The notes beneath the pieces are model-generated. The model saw only the letters and a program-made list of their open reading frames with translations, had not been told where the DNA came from and made no database searches. The position numbers and the translations under genes are program-made. Source: an uncultured Planctomycetaceae bacterium (GTDB lineage Bacteria > Planctomycetota > Planctomycetia > Pirellulales > UBA1268). From it: DNA of 64,000 nucleotides. Below are positions 47,287-56,701 of this stretch, one piece after another (positions within the stretch are counted from its first letter, which is position 1; each line of letters starts with the position of its first letter). The stretch covers positions 6,144 through 70,143 of the forward strand of contig CAIXGY010000139.1 of assembly GCA_903919035.1 (NCBI GenBank), in the 5' to 3' direction.

Positions 47287-49845
47287 TCACCAATTCACCT
47301 GCGCGATGTCACGCGACCAGTTCCCCCCGGCCGACCTCGCCGGCGGAGTCGGGGGCTGGAGCGATCGCCACGGGTCGGGGCCGCTGAACCAGCCTCCGGG
47401 CAGCGTGATCACCCACGGGCCGGCACCACCGGCCGATCGGGTGAACGAATCCTGCATCTGCCGCCGCTGGACCTCCTGCTGTCGCCGAATCCGCCGCCGC
47501 TCGGCCTCCGCGGTGGCGGCGGTGTAGGCGGCCTTGGCGGAGAGGGCGGCCTCGGCCGCCACCCTGATGGCATCCTCGTAGCGTTGTCGTTCGAACTGGG
47601 CCGTGGCGGTTTCCAGCATCTGCCGCGCGGCCCGGAGGTCGGCCTGCACTCCCTCGCCATACCACGCCGCCGCCCGCCGCACGACCGCCTCGGCCTCGTC
47701 GATCTCGCTGTCCGCCTGCCGCGCCAGGCGGTCGTCCTCCGCCGCGAGATCGGCGGCCCGCGTGAGTGTGGCGTCACTGGCCTCCACGAGTCGTTCCGCC
47801 TGCACGAGATCGGGCCTGGCTACTGCCAGGCCGGCATCCGCCGTCTCCAGCAGCCGCCCCGCTTCGCGACAGCGCTCGTTGGCCCGCGCGCGATCGGTTC
47901 GCTGCCGTTCGAGCTGCCGCGCGAGATCCACGACGCGGGTGGCGACGGCATCGCGCCGCGCGGGCAGCGTGGCGCGCAGGCCATCGAGCCGTTCGCGTCT
48001 CGCGGCCAGCGCGTCCTGACAGCCCGCCACCCACTCCTCCTGCCGGCCGGCCTCCTCGACGAGCGCCACGGCACGAAAATAGTGCTGGAGCCGCGGCTCG
48101 GCGGCGGCGCGAGCCTCGACGATCAGCGTCCGAGCCCGCTCCAGCCCCTCGTCGATCCTGGTCACGTTGTCGGCCACGTCGCTCCACGAACTCTCGGCGT
48201 ACAGTCGCTCCAGGTGCGCGACGGCCGCGACAGCCGGCTGCCGCGCGGTGGCGAGCGCCTCGAGACGGGCGGCGACCGGCGGCAGCAGTTCCTCGATCCG
48301 CGTTCGCGCCGCCACGATGCTCTCCAGCAGGGCCGCCGCCTCGCCGCACGACCCCTCGGCCCGTTCGACGGCGGCGGTCGCCGCCAGGGCGTCGCCAGCA
48401 TCGAGCAGTTGCTCGGCGAGGCCAGACTCCCGCCGCGCGGTGGCGAGCCGATCGTCGGGGTTCGCACCCGGCTCCGTGAGCAGCCAGCCCTCGGCCCGCC
48501 GCGCTGCAACCTGTGCGCCGATCCCGTCGGCCTGCGCGAGCGTCCTCTGACGTCGCTCGTCGGTGCTCTCGACGGCCTCGACGTGGTCGCGGATCGCGGC
48601 GAGCGCCGTGGCGGTCTCCTCGAGGATCCCGCGGGCTGCCACGGGATCCCGCTCGACCACGGCCGCGGCCCGTTCGCGGCCCCGTGCGGCGGCGGCGAGT
48701 TCGGCCTGGTAGGGTCCGCCCGAACGGCCGCGGCGGGCGAGGGCTTCCACGCGGCCCGCCACGGCAACGGCATCCGAGTCGACCGCGGCCCGCAGTTCGC
48801 GCGCCTTTTCATGCGCTCCTTCCAGCGTGTCGAGCGGTGCTCGACAGGCGCCGGCCACCTCGTCGAGCGGCGGCCGCGCCTCGGCCGAGTCGAGCAACCG
48901 GAGCGCCTCATCGGCCGCGGCGGTACCCAGAAACCATTCCGAGCCGACCTTCTCCTGGGCGCGTTCCCACACGTCCATGAGTCCCAGCCAGCGTTCCCGG
49001 TACCGGGCGATCGATTCCTGCACGCCGTCGTAGGCCGATCGGGTCAGGCCTTCCATCGGCGTCTGAAAATCCGGGTCGGTATGCGGCAGCATCCGATGCC
49101 GCTCCTGCTGCTCGTCGAGCATGTCCGAGAGCGCCACGACGTCGGCCTTGAAGGCCGCCAGCTTCTCCCGAGCGGCGGCGAGCCGGCGGGCGTGCCGCAA
49201 CCGCTGGGCGGCGAGCGCGACCACCGCGACCGTCGCGACCGCGGCCGCGATCCCGAAGGGGAGCGTGCGGGTGCGAAACACCCGGGCCGCCGCCTCCCGG
49301 GCCCGCTTCTCGTCGGCCCGCTCTCGCACCCAGGTCTCGGTGCCGTCGACGAGGGCCGCCACGGCCTCGTCGAGCCGGCCATCCTTTGCGAGTGGCACGA
49401 AAGACTTCGAGATCAGTTCCGACTCGAGCGTGGCCACGTCGAGGCCGGCGGCCACCTCGAGGCCCCAGGGCACGTCCATCGCGACCGACCGATCGTCCAC
49501 GGCCACGACGATCGTGACGTCGGCAGATGGATCGAACGCGTCCTCGCCCTGTCCCCGCCAGCGGTCCACGAGTCGGTCGAGCAGCCCGCGGGCTTGGCCG
49601 GCTTCACCGGCGGAGTCGACCACGACGACGCGATAGTCGCGGCCGGTCGTCGCCCGCGCGCGGTCCACCGCCGCGCGGGTGACCGTAAACGGCTCGTCGA
49701 CGCCCGTCACGAAAACGCTCTCCGGAACCGGGGCGTCGGGCAGTCGCGGTTCATCCGCCGCACCTGCTGACACGAAGAGGACGAGCCCGACGGCAGCCAG
49801 CCGCAGGAACGAGGGCCGGGCGGTCGGGCGACGGGGCGCGAGCAT
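47287..49845 (-). CDS. TPM-like domain / single TM / ~600-aa helical coiled-coil membrane protein
   Basis: Track ORF 47287..50070 trimmed to MLAPRRPTARPSFLRLAAVGLVLFVSAGA (CAT 49843-45). N-terminal TPM-like pattern (YRVVVVDS...VTIVVAVDDRSVAMDVPWGLE). TM segment LPFGIAAAVATVAVVALAA. Then an Ala/Arg/Glu-rich helical region. Confidence 0.65.
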   Translation of the reverse strand: MLAPRRPTARPSFLRLAAVGLVLFVSAGAADEPRLPDAPVPESVFVTGVDEPFTVTRAAVDRARATTGRDYRVVVVDSAGEAGQARGLLDRLVDRWRGQGEDAFDPSADVTIVVAVDDRSVAMDVPWGLEVAAGLDVATLESELISKSFVPLAKDGRLDEAVAALVDGTETWVRERADEKRAREAAARVFRTRTLPFGIAAAVATVAVVALAAQRLRHARRLAAAREKLAAFKADVVALSDMLDEQQERHRMLPHTDPDFQTPMEGLTRSAYDGVQESIARYRERWLGLMDVWERAQEKVGSEWFLGTAAADEALRLLDSAEARPPLDEVAGACRAPLDTLEGAHEKARELRAAVDSDAVAVAGRVEALARRGRSGGPYQAELAAAARGRERAAAVVERDPVAARGILEETATALAAIRDHVEAVESTDERRQRTLAQADGIGAQVAARRAEGWLLTEPGANPDDRLATARRESGLAEQLLDAGDALAATAAVERAEGSCGEAAALLESIVAARTRIEELLPPVAARLEALATARQPAVAAVAHLERLYAESSWSDVADNVTRIDEGLERARTLIVEARAAAEPRLQHYFRAVALVEEAGRQEEWVAGCQDALAARRERLDGLRATLPARRDAVATRVVDLARQLERQRTDRARANERCREAGRLLETADAGLAVARPDLVQAERLVEASDATLTRAADLAAEDDRLARQADSEIDEAEAVVRRAAAWYGEGVQADLRAARQMLETATAQFERQRYEDAIRVAAEAALSAKAAYTAATAEAERRRIRRQQEVQRRQMQDSFTRSAGGAGPWVITLPGGWFSGPDPWRSLQPPTPPARSAGGNWSRDIAQVNW

Positions 49846-49889
49846 GGAATCAATCCCCGGTGGTCCAGGCGAAAGCCGTGCAGTGTAGA

Positions 49890-50207
49890 TCACGGCTCGA
49901 CGACAGGCACGCCGAGTGCCGCGGCGGCGGCGCGGGCGGCGGCCACGGCTTCGGCGGCTCCCGCCGCCACCACCACGCGGGTGTCCCAGTCGCCCGCGGC
50001 CGTCTCGATATCCACGCCCGACAGGATCACGCGGTGCGGCAGGCCCGCGGCAGCAAACCCGCTGGCCCACGCGGGAGCCTCGGCCGCGATGGCGGTGGCA
50101 TCGGCCACCACGAGCACCGGGCCGCTCAGACCGAGAGCGACGAGCCGCGCGGCGATGTCCGAATCCAGTGCCGCGACGAAGCGGTGTGGTGCAGGTTCCT
50201 CCGACAT
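49890..50207 (-). CDS. hypothetical protein (105 aa)
   Basis: Track ORF 49890..50375 trimmed to MSEEPAPHRF (CAT 50205-07). G/C-rich third positions. Sits 13 nt after the EF-hand gene and 44 nt before the TPM gene. Confidence 0.4.
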   Translation of the reverse strand: MSEEPAPHRFVAALDSDIAARLVALGLSGPVLVVADATAIAAEAPAWASGFAAAGLPHRVILSGVDIETAAGDWDTRVVVAAGAAEAVAAARAAAAALGVPVVEP

Positions 50208-50220
50208 CGTGCCACCACGA

Positions 50221-51021
50221 TCAGTAGGGATCGTACAGATCCCGCGACGCGGTCGGCCGCGGCGGGGCCGCCGGTGGCGGTTGACGCGGCACCGGCACGA
50301 GCCCGCCGCGGGCCGGCGATTGCTTTCCGAGCGTTGCCGCGGGGCCCGGCTTCGGAACGATCGGCAGTCCGGCATTCAGCGGTGCCGCCGGCACTCCGGC
50401 ACCGTACCCTGCGCGGGCTGGCATGCCGCCGCCCCGGACGCCGCCGGTGATGGGCTGCCGCTTCTGATCCGCGGCGGCGCGGGTGCCGGCGAAGCCCGGC
50501 TTCGCAGCCGACGCCGCAGGTGGTGCGCCGTCCTTCGTGTCCTTCGCAGCCTTGGTGTCCGGGGCATTGGGGTGGCCTGCCCTCGGCACCGTGGGTCGGG
50601 GCACGCTCGTGCCGGGGAGTCGCTTCGACTCCTCGCCGGCGGTGGTCTTCTCGTCCTCCGCCGCCTGCTGTGGATCTGGCTCTGCGGCGGCCGCGCCGGG
50701 ATCGGCCGGTTCCTTGTCGCCCATCGCTTCGCCGCGCGGCAGGCCCGTGACGGGATCGATGCCCGAGTTCAGCCGCAACTCCGCCCGCTCCCGCCGCATC
50801 CGCGACGCGGCCACTTCCATTTCGCCGGCATCGATCTTGCCGTCGGAGTTGAGATCCCACTCCCGAACGAGTTCCTCGCGGGTCTTTCGCGGGGTGGGCA
50901 CGAACCCTCCCCCGCGGGCGGGCTCGGCTCCCACGGTCGGCGCGAGAATCGAGCCGTGGAGGATCGCGATCCCGATTCCGAGCATGCGCAGGGAATCAAG
51001 AATGTCGGGGCGACGTCTCAT
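50221..51021 (-). CDS. secreted EF-hand motif protein with low-complexity Pro/Ala/Gly tail
   Basis: 266 aa. Canonical EF-hand loop DLNSDGKIDAGEME. N-terminal hydrophobic segment MLGIGIAILHGSILAPTVGA. Confidence 0.6.
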   Translation of the reverse strand: MRRRPDILDSLRMLGIGIAILHGSILAPTVGAEPARGGGFVPTPRKTREELVREWDLNSDGKIDAGEMEVAASRMRRERAELRLNSGIDPVTGLPRGEAMGDKEPADPGAAAAEPDPQQAAEDEKTTAGEESKRLPGTSVPRPTVPRAGHPNAPDTKAAKDTKDGAPPAASAAKPGFAGTRAAADQKRQPITGGVRGGGMPARAGYGAGVPAAPLNAGLPIVPKPGPAATLGKQSPARGGLVPVPRQPPPAAPPRPTASRDLYDPY

Positions 51022-51086
51022 GTTCGGGCTCCGCTCGACGAGTCACGCTCGCCAGCTTTTCAGTATATGCGTCCGCAGAGCCGGCC

Positions 51087-53048
51087 TCATTCGAGCGTCG
51101 GTTTCCAGACGCTGGACAAGCCAGGTGACCAGTGGACGGCGCCGCGGAGGTCGAAGAGCTCGGCCCCGATGTCCCTGGCGATCCCGCGGTGCTCCTGCCG
51201 CCAGAAGAGCCACGTGCAGGGCTGATCCTCGGACACGATGTCCTGGATGCGGGCGTAGATGGCGGCACGGCGCTCCCTGTCGCGTTCGCGCCGGCCCTCG
51301 GCGAACAGCCGATCCACGTCCGGGTTGGCGTAGCCGCCGTAATTCTGCGGTCCGCCGCCACACCACAGGCTCTCGGCGGCATCCGGGTCGATGCCGGCAC
51401 CCCAGGAGACGAGACAGCCGTCGAACCGCCGCTGCCGGAGCCGCTCACGGAGCTCGTGAGGTTCGACCGTCAGCACGGTGCAGTTCAGGCCCACGCGGGC
51501 GAGGCTGTCGCGAAGCGCCGAGGCGATCTCGACCCGAAACGGCCGCCGGTCGCAGAGCAGCGTAAATGCGAACGGAACGACGCGACCGTCGATCTCCCGA
51601 TCGCGCGCTCCGTCGCCGTCGCGGTCGATCCAACCGGCCTCATCGAGCAGCGCCTCGGCCTTGGCGAGGTCCTGACGGTAGGGCTCGGGGCGCCCGCGGC
51701 CGACACTCCACGAGTCGGGCGCAAAGATGCCCGTGGGAGGCGTGGCCAGGCCGCGGCAGACCGTGTCGAGCAGCCGCGCTTGATCGATGGCGTAGCCCAC
51801 TGCCCGTCGCACCCTCCGGTCGGCGAACGGCGGCACGTCGAGATTCCAGATCACCTGGTGGCTTCGCCATTCCGGCGTCACGATCCGGGCCGCGCGGGCG
51901 GCGAACGCGGCATCGCCCGGCGCGGCCACCCACTCCGCCGGATCGAGCATGGCCTCGTCGACGATGCCCGACTCGAGCGCGGCGAGCGCCGCCGAAGAAT
52001 CCTCGAGCACCACGAGGCGGATCTCCGCGAAGGCCGCCGGCTCCCTGACCCTGCGACCGCGCACGACCGACCAGGCCGGCCGCCGCCGGAGCACGATCTC
52101 GCGCCCGGGAACCCGGGCGGCGATCTCGTAGGGCCCGCCCACCACGGGCCGCGACTCGCGGGCGGCGTGGGCCGGGCTCGCGACCAGGGTCGGATCTGCC
52201 TCCCACGTGGCCGCGTAGACGTGCCGCGGCAGGAGTGGGAAGTCGATGTTCCAGGCGTTGGTCGCCAACGGCTCGGCGTGGAAGAAGACGACCGTCCGCT
52301 CGTCATAGGCATGCACGGCGCGGAGCCGCGCCGCGCCGGAGCGAAACCCGCGGGCGGGCACCCGGGGATCGACGATCAACCGCCAGGTGAAGGCCACGTC
52401 GCGGGCCGTCACCGGCGTGCCGTCGCTCCAGAGCAGATCCCCCCGGAGGACGACCTTGTCGACGAGTCCATCGGCGCTCGTCGACCAACTGCGGACGGTG
52501 TCGGCATTGGCGAAGGGTTCGAGCGTGCGGTCGAAGCCGAACAGATCGACCGCCGTGAGGCCGAGCAGGTCGAACTCCGCGGGCGTCTCCGCGCGGATGG
52601 GATTGAGGCTGTCACAATCCGAGGCGAGATGCCGGCCCACCCGGGCCGACGTCGCGGGCCCGCGGGACGCCTGCGGGTGGGACAGGGCAGCCAGGATGCG
52701 GGCATTGGCCGCTGGCGAATCGTTCTCGATCGCGAACGCCTCGGCGACGGAGCAGGGCGGCGGGGCCATGGCCTCCCGCTCCCGATCGAGGGCGTAGGGA
52801 TCGCGCACCGGTCGATCGACCCACGTCACCTGGCCGTCGAGCGCGGCGAGCGTCGGCGGCGGAACGAACGCCGCCGGCGCATCGGGCGGCGTTTCCTGGG
52901 CCGCCACCCCCGTGCCGACCGTCTCGGGGGCGGGCATCTGCGCGGCGGTCCGTTCCCGACGGCAGCCCGGCGTCATCGCCGCGAGACACGCCGCGGCCAC
53001 GATCCACATGGAGCACCGGTGCCTGCTCACGTCGGCTCCTGCCCGCAT
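51087..53048 (-). CDS. ABC transporter substrate-binding protein, family 5 (peptide/nickel type), orphan
   Basis: Track ORF 51087..54227 trimmed to MRAGADVSRHRCSMWIVAAACLAAMTPGC (CAT 53046-48; alternative 53009). Family-5 features: LLWSDGTPVTARDV, GGPYEIA, SSAALAALESGIVDEA. Confidence 0.75.
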   Translation of the reverse strand: MRAGADVSRHRCSMWIVAAACLAAMTPGCRRERTAAQMPAPETVGTGVAAQETPPDAPAAFVPPPTLAALDGQVTWVDRPVRDPYALDREREAMAPPPCSVAEAFAIENDSPAANARILAALSHPQASRGPATSARVGRHLASDCDSLNPIRAETPAEFDLLGLTAVDLFGFDRTLEPFANADTVRSWSTSADGLVDKVVLRGDLLWSDGTPVTARDVAFTWRLIVDPRVPARGFRSGAARLRAVHAYDERTVVFFHAEPLATNAWNIDFPLLPRHVYAATWEADPTLVASPAHAARESRPVVGGPYEIAARVPGREIVLRRRPAWSVVRGRRVREPAAFAEIRLVVLEDSSAALAALESGIVDEAMLDPAEWVAAPGDAAFAARAARIVTPEWRSHQVIWNLDVPPFADRRVRRAVGYAIDQARLLDTVCRGLATPPTGIFAPDSWSVGRGRPEPYRQDLAKAEALLDEAGWIDRDGDGARDREIDGRVVPFAFTLLCDRRPFRVEIASALRDSLARVGLNCTVLTVEPHELRERLRQRRFDGCLVSWGAGIDPDAAESLWCGGGPQNYGGYANPDVDRLFAEGRRERDRERRAAIYARIQDIVSEDQPCTWLFWRQEHRGIARDIGAELFDLRGAVHWSPGLSSVWKPTLE

Positions 53049-53125
53049 GCTCGTCTCCGTGCGGCCCACAGCGTCGCTGCTCCATCGCGGCGATCCGCCG
53101 GATCGTCCGCCGGGTCGTCCTACGC

Positions 53126-54334
53126 TCACTCGGGAAAACGGTGCCCGAGCTTCTCGCGCTTCGTCGCCAGATAACGCTCGTTGAACTCGTGCACCGGCGG
53201 CAGGATCGGCACCTGGTCGACGACCTCCAGGTCGAAACCCCCGTAGATGAAGGCATCGGTCTTCTTGGGATTGTTGGTGAGCAACCTCACCCTTCGCAGC
53301 CCCAGGTCCTTGAGCAGCTGGATGCCGATCCCGTAGTCGCGCGAGTCGGCCTTGTAGCCGAGGGCCAGATTCGCCTCCACGGTGTCGAGGCCCTCGTCCT
53401 GGAGCGCGTAGGCACGGATCTTCTCCGCGAGACCGATGCCCCGGCCTTCCTGTGGCAGGTAGACGAGCACGCCCGCTCCCTCGCGACCGATCATGTCGAG
53501 CGCGAGGTGCAGCTGGTCGCCGCAGTCGCAGCGCAGGCTGTCGATCAGGTCGCCGGTGAAGCACGACGAGTGCAGCCGCACGAGCGGCGCCGCCAGGTTC
53601 GCGATGTCGCCCATCACGAGCACGATCGGCTGCTGGGCCTCGTGCTTGACGCCGTAGGCCAGGATGCGGAAGCGGCCCCACTTCGTCGGCAGGTCGGCCT
53701 CCGCGATCCGTTCCACGAGTTTCTCGCGGGTCCGCCGGTGGCGGATGAGTTGCTCGATGGAGATGATCTCGAGACCGTGCTCCTCCGCCAACGCGAACAG
53801 CCGGTCGCGATCGGCGCGATTGCCGGCCTCGTCGAGGATCTCGCAGAGCACGCCGGCCGACGCCGCGCCGGCGAGTCGCGCGAGATCCATCGCCGCCTCC
53901 GTGTGGCCTGCGCGACGAAGCACTCCCCCTTCCTTGGCAAGGAGCGGGAAGAGGTGGCCGGGGCGGACGAAGTCGCCCGGCCGGCTCGCGGGGTCGAGGA
54001 TCGCGGCGATCGCGGTGGCCCGCTCCGCAGCCGTGATTCCGGTTCGCGCGGAGACGTGGTCCACGGGCACGGTGTAGGCGGTGCCCAGCGGCGTGGAATT
54101 CGCCTGCACCATCGGGGGCAGGTCGAGCCGCTTCGCCGTCTCGGGCAGGATCGACATGCAGACCTGGCCCCGGCCGTGCGTGATCATGAAGTTCACGATC
54201 TCGGGGGTGGCCTTGTCGGCCGCGCACACGAAGTCACCCTCGTTCTCGCGATCCTCGGCGTCGACCACGATCACCACGGCCCCGCGGCGGATGGCGGCGA
54301 CGGCGGCCTCGATCGTGGAGAAGCGGGTGGGCAT
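53126..54334 (-). CDS. ribBA: bifunctional 3,4-dihydroxy-2-butanone-4-phosphate synthase / GTP cyclohydrolase II
   Basis: 402 aa. DHBPS motif DAEDRENEGDF. GCH-II zinc motif RLHSSCFTGDLIDSLRCDCGDQL. Confidence 0.9.
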   Translation of the reverse strand: MPTRFSTIEAAVAAIRRGAVVIVVDAEDRENEGDFVCAADKATPEIVNFMITHGRGQVCMSILPETAKRLDLPPMVQANSTPLGTAYTVPVDHVSARTGITAAERATAIAAILDPASRPGDFVRPGHLFPLLAKEGGVLRRAGHTEAAMDLARLAGAASAGVLCEILDEAGNRADRDRLFALAEEHGLEIISIEQLIRHRRTREKLVERIAEADLPTKWGRFRILAYGVKHEAQQPIVLVMGDIANLAAPLVRLHSSCFTGDLIDSLRCDCGDQLHLALDMIGREGAGVLVYLPQEGRGIGLAEKIRAYALQDEGLDTVEANLALGYKADSRDYGIGIQLLKDLGLRRVRLLTNNPKKTDAFIYGGFDLEVVDQVPILPPVHEFNERYLATKREKLGHRFPE

Positions 54335-54468
54335 GTGCGGGATCCCTGCGAACGGCCCGGCGGGGCGGCATGCGGCCGCGACGGATCAATTATAGGATGC
54401 CGACGTCCCGGGGCCGTTCCGCCGCGCGGCGGAGGGCCGCCATACGTCCGTCCCCACCGGCACGACCC

Positions 54469-55323
54469 ATGCTCGACCGTGAGGAATACATCGAGCAGGC
54501 CCACCTGTTCCGGGCGCTCGCCGACCGCGTGGCCGCCGGCATCGCCGCCCAGGAGGCGCTCGTCGCGATCGGCCAGGAGATCCTGGCGACGACGAAACTC
54601 CCCATGGCCGTCGACTACCTCGTCGGCGAACTCAAGCTCGTGGGCACGCTCTCCACGGCGATGGCCCGCATCCCGCACTACTTCACCCCATTCCAGACGT
54701 TCGTGATCGCGGCGGCCGAGGAGGAGGGGGGCCGCTTCGACATGCGCACGGCGCTGGCGATCCTCGAGCGCGAGGCGGCGTATCGCGCCGACGGCGCCTC
54801 CCCGCAGGGCCTCTTCCTCTACCGCTTCGAGTGCCTGTCGCGGAATCGCCTCGACTACGCGCGGGGTCTGTTGGCCGTCGCCGACGACCCGCTCTTCGAT
54901 GCCGACTGGCGGGCGTGGATCGCGACCGTCTCGCGGCAGGTGGGCCTCGTCGATCTTGCGGATCTGGTTGCCATCCGCAGTCCTGAATATTGGCGGATCG
55001 AGCGGCGCGACGCCCTGCTCGCAGGCCGCGAGCCCGCCACCCCGGATCGCGCGATCCTGTTCGGCGAGAAGGAGGGGCGGATCGCGCGGGCCAACCGCGG
55101 CAAGGATCCGCTGTTTTTCTTCGCGGCCCTGCAGCGGCAGCTCGGCTATCCGGCGGTGCCGCGGCCTCCGCGGCCCACGCCTGCCGAGGAGTCGCCGGCG
55201 CTGCTCGCGCGGCGGCTCGAGCGACTCGAGATGCGGGTGAAACTCCTCGAGGAGGAATCACGGGGAGGCATCGACCTGTCGGCCTTCGACCCCAAGCGGT
55301 TTCCCACGGAGCCCGGCGCGTGA
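54469..55323 (+). CDS. hypothetical protein (284 aa)
   Basis: Track ORF 54370..55323 trimmed to ATG 54469 (MLDREEYIEQAHLFRAL). The stop overlaps the GTG start of the next gene (GTGA at 55320-23). No motif recognised. Confidence 0.55.
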   Translation: MLDREEYIEQAHLFRALADRVAAGIAAQEALVAIGQEILATTKLPMAVDYLVGELKLVGTLSTAMARIPHYFTPFQTFVIAAAEEEGGRFDMRTALAILEREAAYRADGASPQGLFLYRFECLSRNRLDYARGLLAVADDPLFDADWRAWIATVSRQVGLVDLADLVAIRSPEYWRIERRDALLAGREPATPDRAILFGEKEGRIARANRGKDPLFFFAALQRQLGYPAVPRPPRPTPAEESPALLARRLERLEMRVKLLEEESRGGIDLSAFDPKRFPTEPGA

Positions 55324-56621
55324 TCGTCGAAACCGCCCGGCTCCGCACCGACACCGCCACGATCCAGGACGCCGCACTCCGGGCAGTGGAACCGGCAGCC
55401 CTCGTCAAGGCGCGGCTCTCCGTCGAGAACGGGGACCTGCGGCTGGACGGCCGGCCCTTCGATCCCCCGCTCGATCTCGACGCGGTCGGACGGATCGTGG
55501 TCGTCGGCGGCGGCAAGGCGGCCGCCGGCATGGCTGCGGGCGTCGAGTCGTTGCTGGGCGCCGAGCGGCTCGCCCGGCACGCGGTGACGGGGCCCGTGAG
55601 CGTGCCGGAGGGCTGCGGGCGGCAGCTCGCGGCCGTCGAGACGCGGTCGACCCGGCCGGCCGGGATCAACCTCCCGACCCCGGCGGTCGTGGCGGCCACG
55701 CGCGAGATGCTCGGACTGGTCGCCGGACTCGGGCCGCGCGACCTGGCCGTGGTGGTGATCACCGGCGGCGGCTCGGCCTTGCTCGCGGCGCCACGCGAGG
55801 GTGTGTCGCTGAACGACAAGATCTCGCTCACGCAGCGTCTCTCCGCGGGGGGCGCCGACATCGCCACCCTCAACGCCGCACGGCGACACCTGAGCGCCGT
55901 GAAGGGAGGCGGTCTCGCACGCGCGTGCACGGCCGGGCGGCTCGTGGCCCTCGTGCTCTCCGACGTGATCGGCGACGACCTTGACGTGATCGCCTCGGGG
56001 CCGTGCATGCCACCCGCTCCCACGGTGCCCGCGGGCGCGTGGACGACGCCCGCGGGTTGCGTGGTGCGACATGTCGTGGTGGGATCCAACGCCACGGCGG
56101 TCGATGCCGCGGCACGTGCCGCGAGGGCGCTCGGCTACGAGGTCGTCGTGCGGCACGCAACACCCGGCGCGGACACCGAGGCCGGAGCCGACGCGGTCGG
56201 CCGGCGGCTCGCCGTCGCCGGGCTCGATCTCCTGGCCACCGCGCGGGCCGACGGCCGGCCACGCGCCATCGTCGAAGGGGGCGAATCGACCGTTGTCGTG
56301 CCAGCCGATCACGGCACGGGTGGCCGCAATCAGCAGACGGTGATCGCGGCCCTCGAGACGCTGCTCTCACGCGGCGGCTGGCCGCAGGGGCTGCTCGTCG
56401 GCAGCGTGGGCACCGACGGCGAGGACGGGCCGACGACCGCGGCCGGCGGGATCGCCGACGCGGGTGTGGCCGCGGCGATCGCCGCGGCCGGCCTCGACGT
56501 CACCCGCGCCCGGCTCCACCGCGACGCATACCCACTCCTCTCGGCCGCGGGCGGCCTCGTGGTCACGGGGCCGACGGGCACGAACGTCTGTGACCTGCGG
56601 CTCATTCTGGCGCGACCGTGA
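55320..56621 (+). CDS. glycerate kinase / hydroxypyruvate reductase family (DUF4147 + MOFRL)
   Basis: Track ORF 54990..56621 with an in-frame GTG at 55320. Motifs VVGGGKAAAGMA, ITGGGSALL, SAVKGGGLA, GGESTVVV..GTGGRNQQ. Confidence 0.8.
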   Translation: MIVETARLRTDTATIQDAALRAVEPAALVKARLSVENGDLRLDGRPFDPPLDLDAVGRIVVVGGGKAAAGMAAGVESLLGAERLARHAVTGPVSVPEGCGRQLAAVETRSTRPAGINLPTPAVVAATREMLGLVAGLGPRDLAVVVITGGGSALLAAPREGVSLNDKISLTQRLSAGGADIATLNAARRHLSAVKGGGLARACTAGRLVALVLSDVIGDDLDVIASGPCMPPAPTVPAGAWTTPAGCVVRHVVVGSNATAVDAAARAARALGYEVVVRHATPGADTEAGADAVGRRLAVAGLDLLATARADGRPRAIVEGGESTVVVPADHGTGGRNQQTVIAALETLLSRGGWPQGLLVGSVGTDGEDGPTTAAGGIADAGVAAAIAAAGLDVTRARLHRDAYPLLSAAGGLVVTGPTGTNVCDLRLILARP

Positions 56622-56701
56622 CGGCGCCGGACCCGGCAGGGCTCGAAGGCGGGCTGCCGACGAGATGCCTCCCTGCGCGCGAGGCTCACGTGTGAGCCGT
56701 A

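Noticed and set aside
47122-49770. 882-aa plus-strand ORF
   Set aside because: It is antisense to the TPM/coiled-coil gene. The minus frame has a signal peptide, a TM helix and a coherent helical heptad-like composition.
54335-54468. FMN riboswitch expected upstream of ribBA
   Set aside because: The 134-nt leader lacks the conserved RFN segments I know (for example GGTGAAATTCC and the AGTCTGGATG-type 3' strand). The only notable feature is a TATAAT hexamer on the minus strand at 54389-54394, about 55 nt before the start, which is too weak on its own to call a promoter.
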